64,000 nucleotides of DNA from Sedimentisphaerales bacterium (GTDB lineage: Bacteria; Planctomycetota; Phycisphaerae; Sedimentisphaerales; SM23-30): positions 107,185-171,184 of the forward strand of contig JANQJS010000012.1 in the NCBI GenBank assembly GCA_028281535.1, given 5' to 3'. Below are positions 1-9,101 of this stretch, in pieces. Made by a program: the position numbers and the translations under genes. The notes beneath the pieces were generated by a model. It was not told the origin of the DNA, ran no database searches, and saw only the letters and a program-made list of their open reading frames with translations. Each line of letters opens with the position of its first letter. Position 1 is the stretch's first letter.

Positions 1-985
1 GATTAATCAAGGATGTTAAGATGGAAATATCAGATATCTGATTGTCACTTAAGTATAGAGATCTTAGGTTTGTCAAGTTTTCTAATGGCGAAATATCACT
101 GATCCTATTTTCGCTAAGAGAGAGTGTCTCTAAGTTAACTAGGTACTGTAGAGGGGTGATATCTTCGAGTTGGGCATTAACTATTCTTAGGTTTTTCAGT
201 TCAGTTAGGTTTTTTAATGGCGTGATATCGTTTAATTGGATTTCACCCAGGCTAAGTTCTTCTAATTGATTTAGATTGGCTAAAGGTAAAATATCAAAAT
301 CATGATTGAAGATTAAATCCAATATTCTGAGATTTGTCAGATTCTCTAGATCAGAGATATCATCAATCTTATTGGCGGTAAGGTGAAGTTCGGTTAAGCG
401 TGTTAGATTAGCAAGTGGCGAAATATCTTGAATTAAATTGTTGATCAATTGCAGTTGGTATAAACTCGTGAGGTTTTTTAGTGGGGACAAGTCAATAATT
501 TCATTTTGAGATAGTTCTAATCTTTCTAGATTCGTTAATGGTTTTAGGGAAGATAAATCGTTGATTTTATTTTGTCTAAGGTTCAATTGTCGTAGATTTT
601 TTAGATTTTTTAAGTCAGATATATCTCTCCGTCTATGCCCTTCAAGGTCTAGGTGCCTGAGGTTGGTTAGGTTGGTAAGTATTGAGAGGTCTAGATTTGG
701 ATTGTCGGGATAGTTTATTTTCAAGATTTCGAGATTTGTAAGTGATTCCAATGGTGATAGATCTGCAATGGAATTAAAGCTAATGTTGAGGTTGGTCAGG
801 CTTGTAGCGCATTCGATGCCATTTAAATCGGTTATATTGCTAAAGCTGAGATCTAAATAGGTTAGAAATTCTAGTTCTTCGCAGGTGTAATGGTCTGAGA
901 CGGAATCTGCCATGATGGGGTGTGGCATGTTCGTTATGAAAAATAAAGCGATAAGTAAAACGATTCGTTTGAATTGGGTCATCAT
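1..985 (-). CDS. Leucine-rich-repeat (internalin-like) secreted protein, partial; C-terminus lies beyond the window edge
   Basis: Absent from the ORF track because it runs off the window. My minus-strand translation from the ATG ending at 985 gives MMTQFKRIVLLIALFFITNMPHPIMA (signal-like), then more than 12 tandem ~22-aa LxxLxLxxNxIxDISPL repeats. Confidence 0.75.
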   Translation of the reverse strand, partial: MMTQFKRIVLLIALFFITNMPHPIMADSVSDHYTCEELEFLTYLDLSFSNITDLNGIECATSLTNLNISFNSIADLSPLESLTNLEILKINYPDNPNLDLSILTNLTNLRHLDLEGHRRRDISDLKNLKNLRQLNLRQNKINDLSSLKPLTNLERLELSQNEIIDLSPLKNLTSLYQLQLINNLIQDISPLANLTRLTELHLTANKIDDISDLENLTNLRILDLIFNHDFDILPLANLNQLEELSLGEIQLNDITPLKNLTELKNLRIVNAQLEDITPLQYLVNLETLSLSENRISDISPLENLTNLRSLYLSDNQISDISILTSLIN

Positions 986-1139
986 AGCCTCTAATGTCAA
1001 AATATACGATTTGTTAAATGCTTATATAAAAGCCATTTAGGTGTTGTCTGAAAATTCTGCCGACGCAACATACAGTATATCAGAATTGATGATAATGACA
1101 AGTGGTAAGTCGCCATTTAGTGGGTGGTGTTTTGGGCAT

Positions 1140-1171
1140 AAAAAAAGCCTTTGGCATATTTGCCAAAGGCT
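1140..1171 (-). terminator. Rho-independent terminator downstream of the 1196..1867 gene
   Basis: GCCTTTGGC/GCCAAAGGC stem (1147-1155 / 1162-1170) followed on the minus strand by a 7-nt U run (A run 1140-1146 on plus). Confidence 0.65.
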
Positions 1172-1195
1172 TGAGGACCGGGGACATATACAATC

Positions 1196-1867
1196 TTATA
1201 GTTGATGACGCTTACGCAACCAGCCAACCATTATCGTACCTAAAGACCCCAGTAATAATGCACCAGGAGCAGGGACGGTAGGAGGGCCTTGTGAGCCTTC
1301 GTCAAATTCATCTTCTGGATATTGAATTGGACTTAATTGAGGAGCAACATAGGTACGCATCGTTAAGTTGTCGATACCGATGCCATCAACACCTTCGCCA
1401 CCAAACCAAATGTTTGAGATAGCAGAAGAATATTCTTTGGAATAAGTTGATGAGCTTGTTGAGCTCGCTGAGAGTTCTTGTTGATCAATGATGTTGTTGT
1501 TCACATCATAGGCTGTGTACATAAAGTATGAGTTTGCACTTGGGTTAAATAAAGCCCAATCAAAGCTGATGGTATCAAACTGAGCGTTGGCAAAGTAAAT
1601 ATTTGCATAAGAATAGTTTGAATTCACCGTTGTCAGGAATTGGGTGTTGTTAAATGAGCTGTCTGAGCCAATTACGCCATAGCGAACTGTGACATCTGAG
1701 CCATAATGGTTGGTCATATATGCACTGGCATGAGAAGAGCTGTGATTGCCAGTGGGGTAGGCTGTAACGCTGCTGTGATCAAAATCAAATGTCGTGAAAC
1801 CAGCGAATGCGTTGCCAGCGAATGCAAAAATAACCAATGCTTGTACGAAGTAACGTAATTTTTTCAT
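1196..1867 (-). CDS. Secreted protein with PEP-CTERM sorting signal
   Basis: N-terminal signal MKKLRYFVQALVIFAFAGNAFA. C-terminal VPAPGALLLGSLGTIMVGWLRKRHQL is a P-A-P motif plus TM helix plus basic tail. Confidence 0.75.
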   Translation of the reverse strand: MKKLRYFVQALVIFAFAGNAFAGFTTFDFDHSSVTAYPTGNHSSSHASAYMTNHYGSDVTVRYGVIGSDSSFNNTQFLTTVNSNYSYANIYFANAQFDTISFDWALFNPSANSYFMYTAYDVNNNIIDQQELSASSTSSSTYSKEYSSAISNIWFGGEGVDGIGIDNLTMRTYVAPQLSPIQYPEDEFDEGSQGPPTVPAPGALLLGSLGTIMVGWLRKRHQL

Positions 1868-2286
1868 GATTTATGACTCCTTAGTCAAATCTGAAATGTG
1901 TAACACTAAATCTTATGTGTTTATAAATTGCAAAGCCGGTGCCAGCGTTAAAACCACCTTCAGATAAATCGTATGTGTTTATATATCAATACTTTAATGT
2001 TATTTAAAATCTTAAGTCAGGCCTTTTCCACGTGTAACGATTGTGCTGGATGTTGAATAGAAAACACACAGTTATCGGACCTTAGGAGGCTCCGTATTCA
2101 TAAGTCATTAGTAATTAAGAGGCTGGAAGGAGGTGTTGTTTTGTTTACAATAAAGTGCATGTTGTGTTAAGGTGGGTAGTTTTGAGTTGTTTTGATTAGA
2201 CCATTTAAGTGAATTGGGAGGAAATCAGGTTCGGTAACATATTTTCAAATAAGCATTAAAAAAAGATTGAAATCATCCGGATGACT

Positions 2287-2398
2287 CTGTAGAATTCTCT
2301 ATTCTTTACCGCACGAGGTAGTGTGATACTTCATGTGGGGCTGGATGCACGCGGCAGGCCAGCTCAAGCCTCCGGTAAAGTCTACAGTAGGTTTTTTG
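2287..2398 (+). ncRNA. Candidate structured small RNA of unknown family
   Basis: Helix CTGTAGA (2287-2293)/TCTACAG (2381-2387) stacks on CTTTACCG (2304-2311)/CGGTAAAG (2373-2380). Inner helices are GAGGT/GCCTC and GCTGG/CCAGC. A T6 run lies at 2392-2397. No ORF. Confidence 0.25.
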
Positions 2399-2481
2399 GA
2401 AACCTGACCGCGTCTGATCTATTTAAATATCAGACAGACTATCGAGAATTTTTTTCGATGAACCAAATAATAGAATATTGT

Positions 2482-2553
2482 TACCCGATGGTGTAATTGG
2501 CAACACACAAGTTTTTGGTACTTGCATTCCTGGTTCGAGTCCAGGTCGGGTAG
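2482..2553 (+). tRNA. tRNA-Gln (anticodon UUG)
   Basis: Manual cloverleaf: 7-bp acceptor TACCCGA/TCGGGTA with U1-A72, D arm GTGT/ACAC, anticodon loop TTTTGGT, T arm CCTGG-TTCGAGT-CCAGG. No encoded CCA. Confidence 0.9.
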
Positions 2554-2588
2554 CTCTAAATTTTAATTCTAACGTCTGGTGAAATGTC

Positions 2589-3542
2589 ATGAGTAAAAGC
2601 GTCGCAATCATTATGGCTGCGGGTAAAAGTACCCGTATGAAAACCACCTTGCCCAAGGTGATGCATAAGGTCTCTCATCGTCCCATGTTGGCCTATGTCT
2701 TGGATGCATGTCGTCAAGCAGGCATTGAGAAAATGGTCGTTGTTGTTGGCTATGGCAAAGAGATTATTATGGATGCTTTTAAAGATGATCAAGATATTGT
2801 TTGGGTTGAGCAAACCGAGCAGTTGGGGACTGGTCATGCTGTGATGTGTTGCGAAGACGAATTGAAAGATTTTGATGGCCAAACGATCGTGCTTTGTGGT
2901 GATGGCCCTTTGATTCAAAGTCAATCACTTGACACTTTAATTTCTACCCATTCCGAAGAAAACGCCCAGGCTACCTTGATCACTGCCATGGTGGATGATC
3001 CAAAAGGTTACGGGCGAATTTATAGAGACCCGTCCGGCAAGTTATTGGGTATCGTCGAGCATAATGATTGCACCGATGAGCAACTGAAAATTTGTGAAAT
3101 CAATCCCAGTTATTATTGTTTTGACAATCAGCTGTTATTTGAGCTTCTAAAGCAAGTGAAACCAGACAATGCCAAGGGGGAGTATTACGTAACCGATGTT
3201 TTAAAAATGATCATTGATTCTGGTAAGAAGGCTGTGGCAATCGAAGGGGTAGATCCTGAAGATGTTCTCAGTGTGAATTCCCGGGATCAGTTGGTTGTTG
3301 TTAATAAAATGATGCAACAGAGAGTGCAGCGAAAACTGATGGCTTCCGGTGTGACGATTATTGATCCGGAAACCACATGGCTCGACAACCGTGTAGAAAT
3401 TGGTCAGGATACAATTATTGAACCTTTTACTTATATTGAAGGGCCGATGGTTGTGCCGCCGCAAAGTCGTATAGGACCGTTTGCCTATTATTGTGATGGC
3501 CAAGAGCAAGACTTTTTAGTAGCGAGGAAGGCTGGCGTTTAG
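2589..3542 (+). CDS. glmU: GlmU-like UDP-N-acetylglucosamine pyrophosphorylase (uridyltransferase domain only; acetyltransferase beta-helix truncated)
   Basis: MSKSVAIIMAAGKSTRMK..LPKVMH matches the nucleotidyltransferase signature. Order glmU-prs-ctc-pth is as in Bacillus. Length is 317 aa versus ~455 aa typical; only ~60 aa of hexapeptide repeats precede the stop, which abuts the prs ATG. Confidence 0.75.
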   Translation: MSKSVAIIMAAGKSTRMKTTLPKVMHKVSHRPMLAYVLDACRQAGIEKMVVVVGYGKEIIMDAFKDDQDIVWVEQTEQLGTGHAVMCCEDELKDFDGQTIVLCGDGPLIQSQSLDTLISTHSEENAQATLITAMVDDPKGYGRIYRDPSGKLLGIVEHNDCTDEQLKICEINPSYYCFDNQLLFELLKQVKPDNAKGEYYVTDVLKMIIDSGKKAVAIEGVDPEDVLSVNSRDQLVVVNKMMQQRVQRKLMASGVTIIDPETTWLDNRVEIGQDTIIEPFTYIEGPMVVPPQSRIGPFAYYCDGQEQDFLVARKAGV

Positions 3543-4499
3543 ATGGTAGTACCCGGGAACATCCGTATTTTTAGTGGTACAGCGAATCCGGATTTGGCAG
3601 TAAAAATTGCTGATTATATTAAATTGGATTTGGGTCGAACAAAGATCGAACCTTTTCCAGATGGTGAAACATTGGTCAAGTTGGAAGATGATGTGCGTGG
3701 GCGCGATTGCTATATTGTGCAATCGACCTGTCCACCTGTTAATGACAACTTGATGGAATTATTGATTTTTATTGATTGCTTGAGGCGGGCGAGTGCGATG
3801 CGAATTACGACGGTATTACCATATTTTGGTTATGCTCGTCAGGATCGTAAAAGCGAAGGTCGTACACCGATTAGTGCTAAGCTTGTGGCGAATTTAATAA
3901 CGACCGCAGGTGCTGATCGTGTGTTAGCGATGGATCTTCATGCAGAGCAGGTTCAAGGCTTTTTTGATATTCCCGTGGATCATTTGAATTCTGTGCCGGT
4001 GATTGTGGATTATTTCCGCAAGCTGGATCTGGAAGATAAGATTCTGGTTTCACCTGATGTTGGTAATGTGAAAACGGCCAGTACGTATGCACAGCAGTTG
4101 GACGTAGAGTTGGCTGTGATTGATAAGCGTCGTAAAAGTGGTAGTGAAGCGATTGCTACGCGTATTATCGGTGATGTCAAAGGCAAGAATGCTTTGATGG
4201 TGGATGATATGGTGACGACGGCTGGAACGGTTTGTTCTGCGGCCTGTTTGTTAAAAGAATATGGTGTTAACAGTATTCATGTTGCTGCGACACATGGCTT
4301 GTTTGCTGGTCCTGCCGTTGAGCGACTCAAGCAGGCACCGATTGATGAAGTGGTTATTACAGATACTGTTCCTTTGAACGGGAAAGCTGCGGAATTGGAT
4401 AAAGTAAAAGTATTGACAGTCTCTGAGTTGTTAGGTGAAGCGATCGTTCGGATTCACCAGAATAAATCAGTGAGTGAGATTTTTAAGCAATATAATTAA
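3543..4499 (+). CDS. prs: Ribose-phosphate pyrophosphokinase
   Basis: IFSGTANPDLA, YFGYARQDRK and the PRPP-binding loop LMVDDMVTTAGT. Conserved position after glmU. Confidence 0.95.
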   Translation: MVVPGNIRIFSGTANPDLAVKIADYIKLDLGRTKIEPFPDGETLVKLEDDVRGRDCYIVQSTCPPVNDNLMELLIFIDCLRRASAMRITTVLPYFGYARQDRKSEGRTPISAKLVANLITTAGADRVLAMDLHAEQVQGFFDIPVDHLNSVPVIVDYFRKLDLEDKILVSPDVGNVKTASTYAQQLDVELAVIDKRRKSGSEAIATRIIGDVKGKNALMVDDMVTTAGTVCSAACLLKEYGVNSIHVAATHGLFAGPAVERLKQAPIDEVVITDTVPLNGKAAELDKVKVLTVSELLGEAIVRIHQNKSVSEIFKQYN

Positions 4500-4534
4500 T
4501 TGATGATAATAGGATAATGATTTAAGAGGTAGAC

Positions 4535-5173
4535 ATGGCTGAAACAATTGTATTAAAAGCAGAAAAAAGAGATAAGTGCGGTACCGGAAGTTCTCAGAAG
4601 TTGAGACGTGATGGTGGTTTGCCAGCAGTGATCTATGGTCACAAAGAAGAGCCCATCGCGATTTCATTGAATTACCATGACGTTGCACTTGAGCTGCAGC
4701 ATCATCATCGCTTGTTGGATGTTGAGTTAGATGGATCTAAGCAGCAGTTTTTGGTCAAGGATGTTCAGTATGATTATATCGGTGAAAAGATTTTACACAT
4801 CGATTTGACGCGTGTTGATCTGGATGAGCGTGTTGCCGTGACGGTCAGTGTTGAACTGAAGGGAATACCTGCTGGTGCGTCTGAAGGTGGCGTGTTGGAT
4901 CAGGTGCTAGCTGACATTGAGTTAGAATGTCTTGTGACGAGTATTCCAGAGAGCCTTCGTGTCAATGTCTCTGATATGCAGGTGGGTGATACCATTTTGG
5001 CTAAAGATGTTGAGTTGCCTCAGGGTGCTGTTTTAGTTACGGATTCAGAATTACTTGTCGCAGCATTGCGTGTGGTTGGCGAAGTGGACGCATCAGCACT
5101 TGAAGGTGATGAAGCTGAGCCTGAAGTGATTGGCGCCAGTGACAAAGAAGATGATGAAGAAACTGCTGAATAA
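4535..5173 (+). CDS. rplY: 50S ribosomal protein L25 / general stress protein Ctc form
   Basis: LRRDGGLPAVIYG, FLVKDVQYD, acidic C-terminal tail. Lies between prs and pth. Confidence 0.9.
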   Translation: MAETIVLKAEKRDKCGTGSSQKLRRDGGLPAVIYGHKEEPIAISLNYHDVALELQHHHRLLDVELDGSKQQFLVKDVQYDYIGEKILHIDLTRVDLDERVAVTVSVELKGIPAGASEGGVLDQVLADIELECLVTSIPESLRVNVSDMQVGDTILAKDVELPQGAVLVTDSELLVAALRVVGEVDASALEGDEAEPEVIGASDKEDDEETAE

Positions 5174-5186
5174 TTAAGAGACGAGC

Positions 5187-5753
5187 ATGAAGTTAATTGT
5201 GGGATTAGGAAATCCCGGGGCTGAGTATGAGAATAGTCGGCATAATGTCGGTTTTGCAGCCATTGATATGATTGCTCGGCGTTGGGCTATCGATGTCCAA
5301 CAGAATAAGCATAAAGCACTTTTTGGTAAAGGACTCTTTCAGCAGGAAAAAGTGATGCTGATGAAACCTTTAACCTATATGAATCGAAGTGGTAGCAGTG
5401 TTTCAGATGCAATGAGTTTTTATAAAATTGAAACTGAGAATTTATTAGTGATTGTTGACGATTTACATTTGAATTTGGGCCAGTTGCGGCTAAGAAACCA
5501 GGGGACCGCTGGCGGTCATAATGGTTTAAAGGATATTATTTCCTGGCTGGGTACCAATAAATATAGTCGCCTTCGTGTCGGTATCGAAAACAGCCCGTTT
5601 GGCAATCAAGTGGGACATGTTTTGGGTAACTTTAACGCTGAAGAGAATGACATTATGCAAAAAGCCTACAACAAAGTCGCTGATGCGGCTGAGTGCTGGT
5701 TGTCGCAGGGCGTTCAGGCTGCGATGAATTTATATAATCGTCAAGATGATTAA
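5187..5753 (+). CDS. pth: Peptidyl-tRNA hydrolase
   Basis: MKLIVGLGNPG..Y..SRHNVGF, MKPLTYMNRSG, GGHNGLKDI motifs. Confidence 0.95.
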   Translation: MKLIVGLGNPGAEYENSRHNVGFAAIDMIARRWAIDVQQNKHKALFGKGLFQQEKVMLMKPLTYMNRSGSSVSDAMSFYKIETENLLVIVDDLHLNLGQLRLRNQGTAGGHNGLKDIISWLGTNKYSRLRVGIENSPFGNQVGHVLGNFNAEENDIMQKAYNKVADAAECWLSQGVQAAMNLYNRQDD

Positions 5754-5865
5754 CGCAGGAATTCCAGATAGACATAATTTGATAGTAAAATTTAGGATAA
5801 GATAAACATGATTAAAAGAAATAAGATTGAACAGAATTGCACTCAAGTGTGCAGGAGGTGTTGCC

Positions 5866-6354
5866 TTGGCTGAGCAAACAAAACGATTGTATGAAGCGAT
5901 GTTCCTGATTGATGCAGCGATTGCATCTGCCGATTGGGATGGCGTGATGGCTGCGATCGATACCATTATGAAACGTGCGGACGCTGAAGTCGTCAGTACG
6001 CGTAAATGGGATGAGCGTCGTTTAAGTTATTCCGTCGATGGATGTGCGAATGGTGTTTATGCTTTGAGTTATTTCAAAGCATTGCCAGATGCGATTACAG
6101 GTTTAGAACGTGACGTAAAATTAAATGAGTTGTTTTTGCGTGTGTTAGTTCTATCGGGTGAGCATGTTACTGATGAGATGCTTGCTGCTCCAACGCCTTG
6201 TATGAAAGCAAAGGAAGATTCAGAAAAGGCCGCACAGGAATCAGCTGCTTCAGAAGCTGCACCTGCCGCTGAATCAGATGTTGCAGTCTTGGAATCAGAA
6301 GAGATTCCAGATGCTGGTATTGATGTTTTAGAAGCCGACCTGGAAACAGAGTAG
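5866..6354 (+). CDS. rpsF: 30S ribosomal protein S6 (acidic C-terminal extension)
   Basis: KRLYEAMFLID.. matches the S6 N-terminus. In-frame TTG at 5866 lies 7 nt after AGGAGG (5853-5858); the track ORF from 5827 is probably over-extended. rpsF-ssb-rpsR-rplI synteny. Confidence 0.88.
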   Translation: MAEQTKRLYEAMFLIDAAIASADWDGVMAAIDTIMKRADAEVVSTRKWDERRLSYSVDGCANGVYALSYFKALPDAITGLERDVKLNELFLRVLVLSGEHVTDEMLAAPTPCMKAKEDSEKAAQESAASEAAPAAESDVAVLESEEIPDAGIDVLEADLETE

Positions 6355-6424
6355 GTTTGTCAAGCATCAATGACACGTTTAAAACATGTATCATAAATCG
6401 ATTCGTCGATGTTAAGGAGAATAT

Positions 6425-6853
6425 GTGATGGCAAGTTTTAATAAAGTGATCATGCTGGGTAATTTGACCCGAGATCCTCAGTTGTCTTATCTGCCAAGTC
6501 AGACACCTGTGGTTGAGTTTGGTTTAGCGACCAATCGGCGTTGGACAGGCAATGATGGCCAAGCCCGTGAAGAAACTTGTTTTGTCGATTGTCGTGCGTT
6601 CGGTCGCATGGCAGAAAATATTAGTAAATATTGCAAAAAGGGTCGTCCTCTTATGGTAGAAGGGCGATTGAGCTTCGATCAGTGGGAAGCCCAGGATGGC
6701 AGCAAACGCAGTAAGCATCGTATTACGGTAGAGACATTTAACTTTGTCGATGGTGGTGGTGCTGGCGGAGGCGGCGGATCGAAATCTTTTGGTGATGACA
6801 ATAGTAATGTAGGTGCACCAGGTGGTGTGCCAGATGATGATATACCGTTTTAG
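6425..6853 (+). CDS. ssb: Single-stranded DNA-binding protein
   Basis: OB-fold N-terminus NKVIMLGNLTRDPQL, Gly-rich linker, C-terminal DDDIPF tip. Confidence 0.95.
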   Translation: MMASFNKVIMLGNLTRDPQLSYLPSQTPVVEFGLATNRRWTGNDGQAREETCFVDCRAFGRMAENISKYCKKGRPLMVEGRLSFDQWEAQDGSKRSKHRITVETFNFVDGGGAGGGGGSKSFGDDNSNVGAPGGVPDDDIPF

Positions 6854-6921
6854 TGAACACATGCTGGTTATTTCTGCAAATGAACTAGCACTTTGAATTA
6901 AAGTAGTATTGGAGAATTTTT

Positions 6922-7185
6922 ATGGCAATGAGAACCAAGTCTAAAAAACGCATGAAACCGGTTCGTGAACGACTACGTTGTCGTTTTTGTGATGAAGTCA
7001 AAGGTACTGATCAAAAACGTGCCTATATTGACTACAAAGATATCGAAACTTTGCAAAAGTTGTTGACGCAGCGTGGCAAGATTTTCTCACGTAAACGAAG
7101 TGGGAACTGTGCTTATTGTCAGCGTAAAGCTCAAAAAGCAATTAAGCAAGCTCGTTTTATGGCGTTATTGCCTTACGTAAACTAG
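6922..7185 (+). CDS. rpsR: 30S ribosomal protein S18
   Basis: C-R-F-C..IDYKD...L..F....GKI..R..(S)G.C...QR motif pattern plus synteny. Confidence 0.9.
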   Translation: MAMRTKSKKRMKPVRERLRCRFCDEVKGTDQKRAYIDYKDIETLQKLLTQRGKIFSRKRSGNCAYCQRKAQKAIKQARFMALLPYVN

Positions 7186-7215
7186 TCCCAGGAAAGAAGA
7201 CTGGAGGATATTCAT

Positions 7216-7716
7216 ATGAAGTTATTATTACATGCTGATGTTTCCAAATTGGGATATTTTGGCGATGTGGTTGAAGTGTCAGAAGGCTATGCTCGCAATT
7301 GTTTGTTGCCGCAACGTTTGGCAGTGATTCCAACGGAAGAAAATATTAAGGAAATTGAAGAAGAACGTGCCGCAAAAGCGGAAGAGCGTCGATTAGCTAG
7401 AGAAGCTTTGGTTGGTGCAGCCGAGCGCGTGAATGGCAAAGAAATCACTATCGAAGTGTTGGCAAATGACCAAGGACATTTATTTGGTTCTGTGAGCCCA
7501 AGTGACATTGCTAAGGCTTTACGCGAAGCAGGCGGTGAAGTGCAGGCCAGGGATGTTATTCTGCATGATCCTATTCGACAAGTTGGTGATTTTGATGTAT
7601 TATTGCAGTTTGCCGAAGATATAGAAGCCACCATTCAACTCCATGTTGTTCGCCCGGAGGAGCAGAGCGATGACACAGAGACAACAGAAGACGATCAGGC
7701 CGAATCAAGCGATTGA
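7216..7716 (+). CDS. rplI: 50S ribosomal protein L9
   Basis: MKLLLHADVSKLGYFGDVVEVSEGYARNCLLPQRLA is a typical L9 N-domain. Confidence 0.9.
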   Translation: MKLLLHADVSKLGYFGDVVEVSEGYARNCLLPQRLAVIPTEENIKEIEEERAAKAEERRLAREALVGAAERVNGKEITIEVLANDQGHLFGSVSPSDIAKALREAGGEVQARDVILHDPIRQVGDFDVLLQFAEDIEATIQLHVVRPEEQSDDTETTEDDQAESSD

Positions 7717-9067
7717 ACCACAGTTTGACACTGTGAGTGGATCGGAGCAGCGTTTGCCGCCTCAGTCGTTAGAAGCTGAGATGGGCGTGCTCGGGTCCAT
7801 GGTGTTAGATAGTCAGATTATTGGTGATATTCTTCGAATTATTCGTGGAGAATATTTCTATCGTCAAGATCATCGATTGATCTATGAATCGCTCTTAGGT
7901 TTGTATGAAGCGAATAAACCTGTTGACCTTATTGTTTTACGTGATGCTCTTCAAAGTCAGGGCCAACTAGAACAAGTCGGTGGGGTTGATTACTTGGTCC
8001 GAATTGCTGAAAGTGTTCCTTCTGCAGCGAATGGCGTTTATTACGCACAAATTGTTCGCGATAAGGGATTACTTCGAAACCTTATCACTGTGACGAATGA
8101 TATTAGCAATAATGCTTACGCTGCCCATGGTGATGTAGGCAATATTCTTAATGAGGCAGAAGAAAAAATCTTCGAGGTAACTGAGCAGAAAATTTCAGGC
8201 AATGAAACGTCCATGCATGAAATTATGACGCAGGTATTTGCTGCTATAGAAGAGCGTGGCCAAGGTGTGACGGGGGCGCCAACAGGATTTTTTGAATTGG
8301 ATGAACTGACCAGTGGGTTGCAAAAAGGGGAGATGGTTATTATTGCTGCTCGTCCCAGTATGGGTAAAACCGCATTGGGTATGAATATTGCTGAACATGT
8401 CGGTGCAGATAACAAAATTCCTGTCGCGGTGTTTTCTTTAGAAATGTCCTGTCAGCAATTAGCCGAACGTATGTTGTGTGGCCGGGCTCATGTCGATTCG
8501 AATAATTTACGAAAAGGTATGTTGTCAGAATCAGAGTATGAAGCTTTGGTAGGAACATCTGGTGAGCTTTCTGAAGCAAATATTTTTGTGGATGATCAAG
8601 CCCACTTGAGTCCTTTGGAACTGCGAGCCAAAGCGCGTCGCTTAAAAATGAAACATGATATTCAGATGGTGATCATTGATTACTTGCAGCTCATGTATGT
8701 GCCAGGCGCGGAATCGCGTCAGCAGGAGATTGGTATCATCTCAAGACATGTCAAAGCATTAGCACGTGAAATCAATGTTCCTGTGGTTGTGATGAGCCAA
8801 TTGAATCGTGGTCCCGAGGGACGCGAAGGCCATCGCCCTCGCATGAGTGATTTGCGTGAAAGTGGTAATATTGAGCAGGATGCGGATGTTGTGATGTTAT
8901 TGCATCGTGAAGATTATTTTCATAATGAATTGGATTATGAGCCAACGAATACTGCTGAGGTGATTATCGCTAAACAGCGTAACGGCCCAACGGGTGTTGT
9001 AGAACTTGCATGGCATCGGCAATGGACACGTTTTGAAAACTTATCTAAATCGCCAGAACCCTATTAA
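7670..9067 (+). CDS. dnaB: Replicative DNA helicase DnaB
   Basis: PPQSLEAEMGVLGSMVLD, Walker A ARPSMGKTA, IIDYLQLM, SQLNR. ATG at 7670 has GGAGGA 8 nt upstream; the track start at 7643 is also possible. Confidence 0.93.
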   Translation: MTQRQQKTIRPNQAIEPQFDTVSGSEQRLPPQSLEAEMGVLGSMVLDSQIIGDILRIIRGEYFYRQDHRLIYESLLGLYEANKPVDLIVLRDALQSQGQLEQVGGVDYLVRIAESVPSAANGVYYAQIVRDKGLLRNLITVTNDISNNAYAAHGDVGNILNEAEEKIFEVTEQKISGNETSMHEIMTQVFAAIEERGQGVTGAPTGFFELDELTSGLQKGEMVIIAARPSMGKTALGMNIAEHVGADNKIPVAVFSLEMSCQQLAERMLCGRAHVDSNNLRKGMLSESEYEALVGTSGELSEANIFVDDQAHLSPLELRAKARRLKMKHDIQMVIIDYLQLMYVPGAESRQQEIGIISRHVKALAREINVPVVVMSQLNRGPEGREGHRPRMSDLRESGNIEQDADVVMLLHREDYFHNELDYEPTNTAEVIIAKQRNGPTGVVELAWHRQWTRFENLSKSPEPY

Positions 9068-9101
9068 TTTTGTTTTTCGCAAATGAAATTAAGTTAATGA
9101 G

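Noticed and set aside
42-269. 75-aa plus-strand ORF at the window start
   Set aside because: It lies antisense to a clear LRR coding frame on the minus strand (1..985). Its repetitive sequence is just the shadow of the LRR repeats.
2337-2360. GGGGCTGGAT... as a possible tmRNA 5' end
   Set aside because: There is no tRNA-like T-arm/acceptor partner, no tag reading frame and no pseudoknot-sized sequence. The whole structured segment is only ~110 nt.
2423-2924. Minus-strand ORFs 2423..2656 and 2556..2924
   Set aside because: They overlap tRNA-Gln and run antisense to the well-supported glmU-like gene. No motifs, so shadow ORFs.
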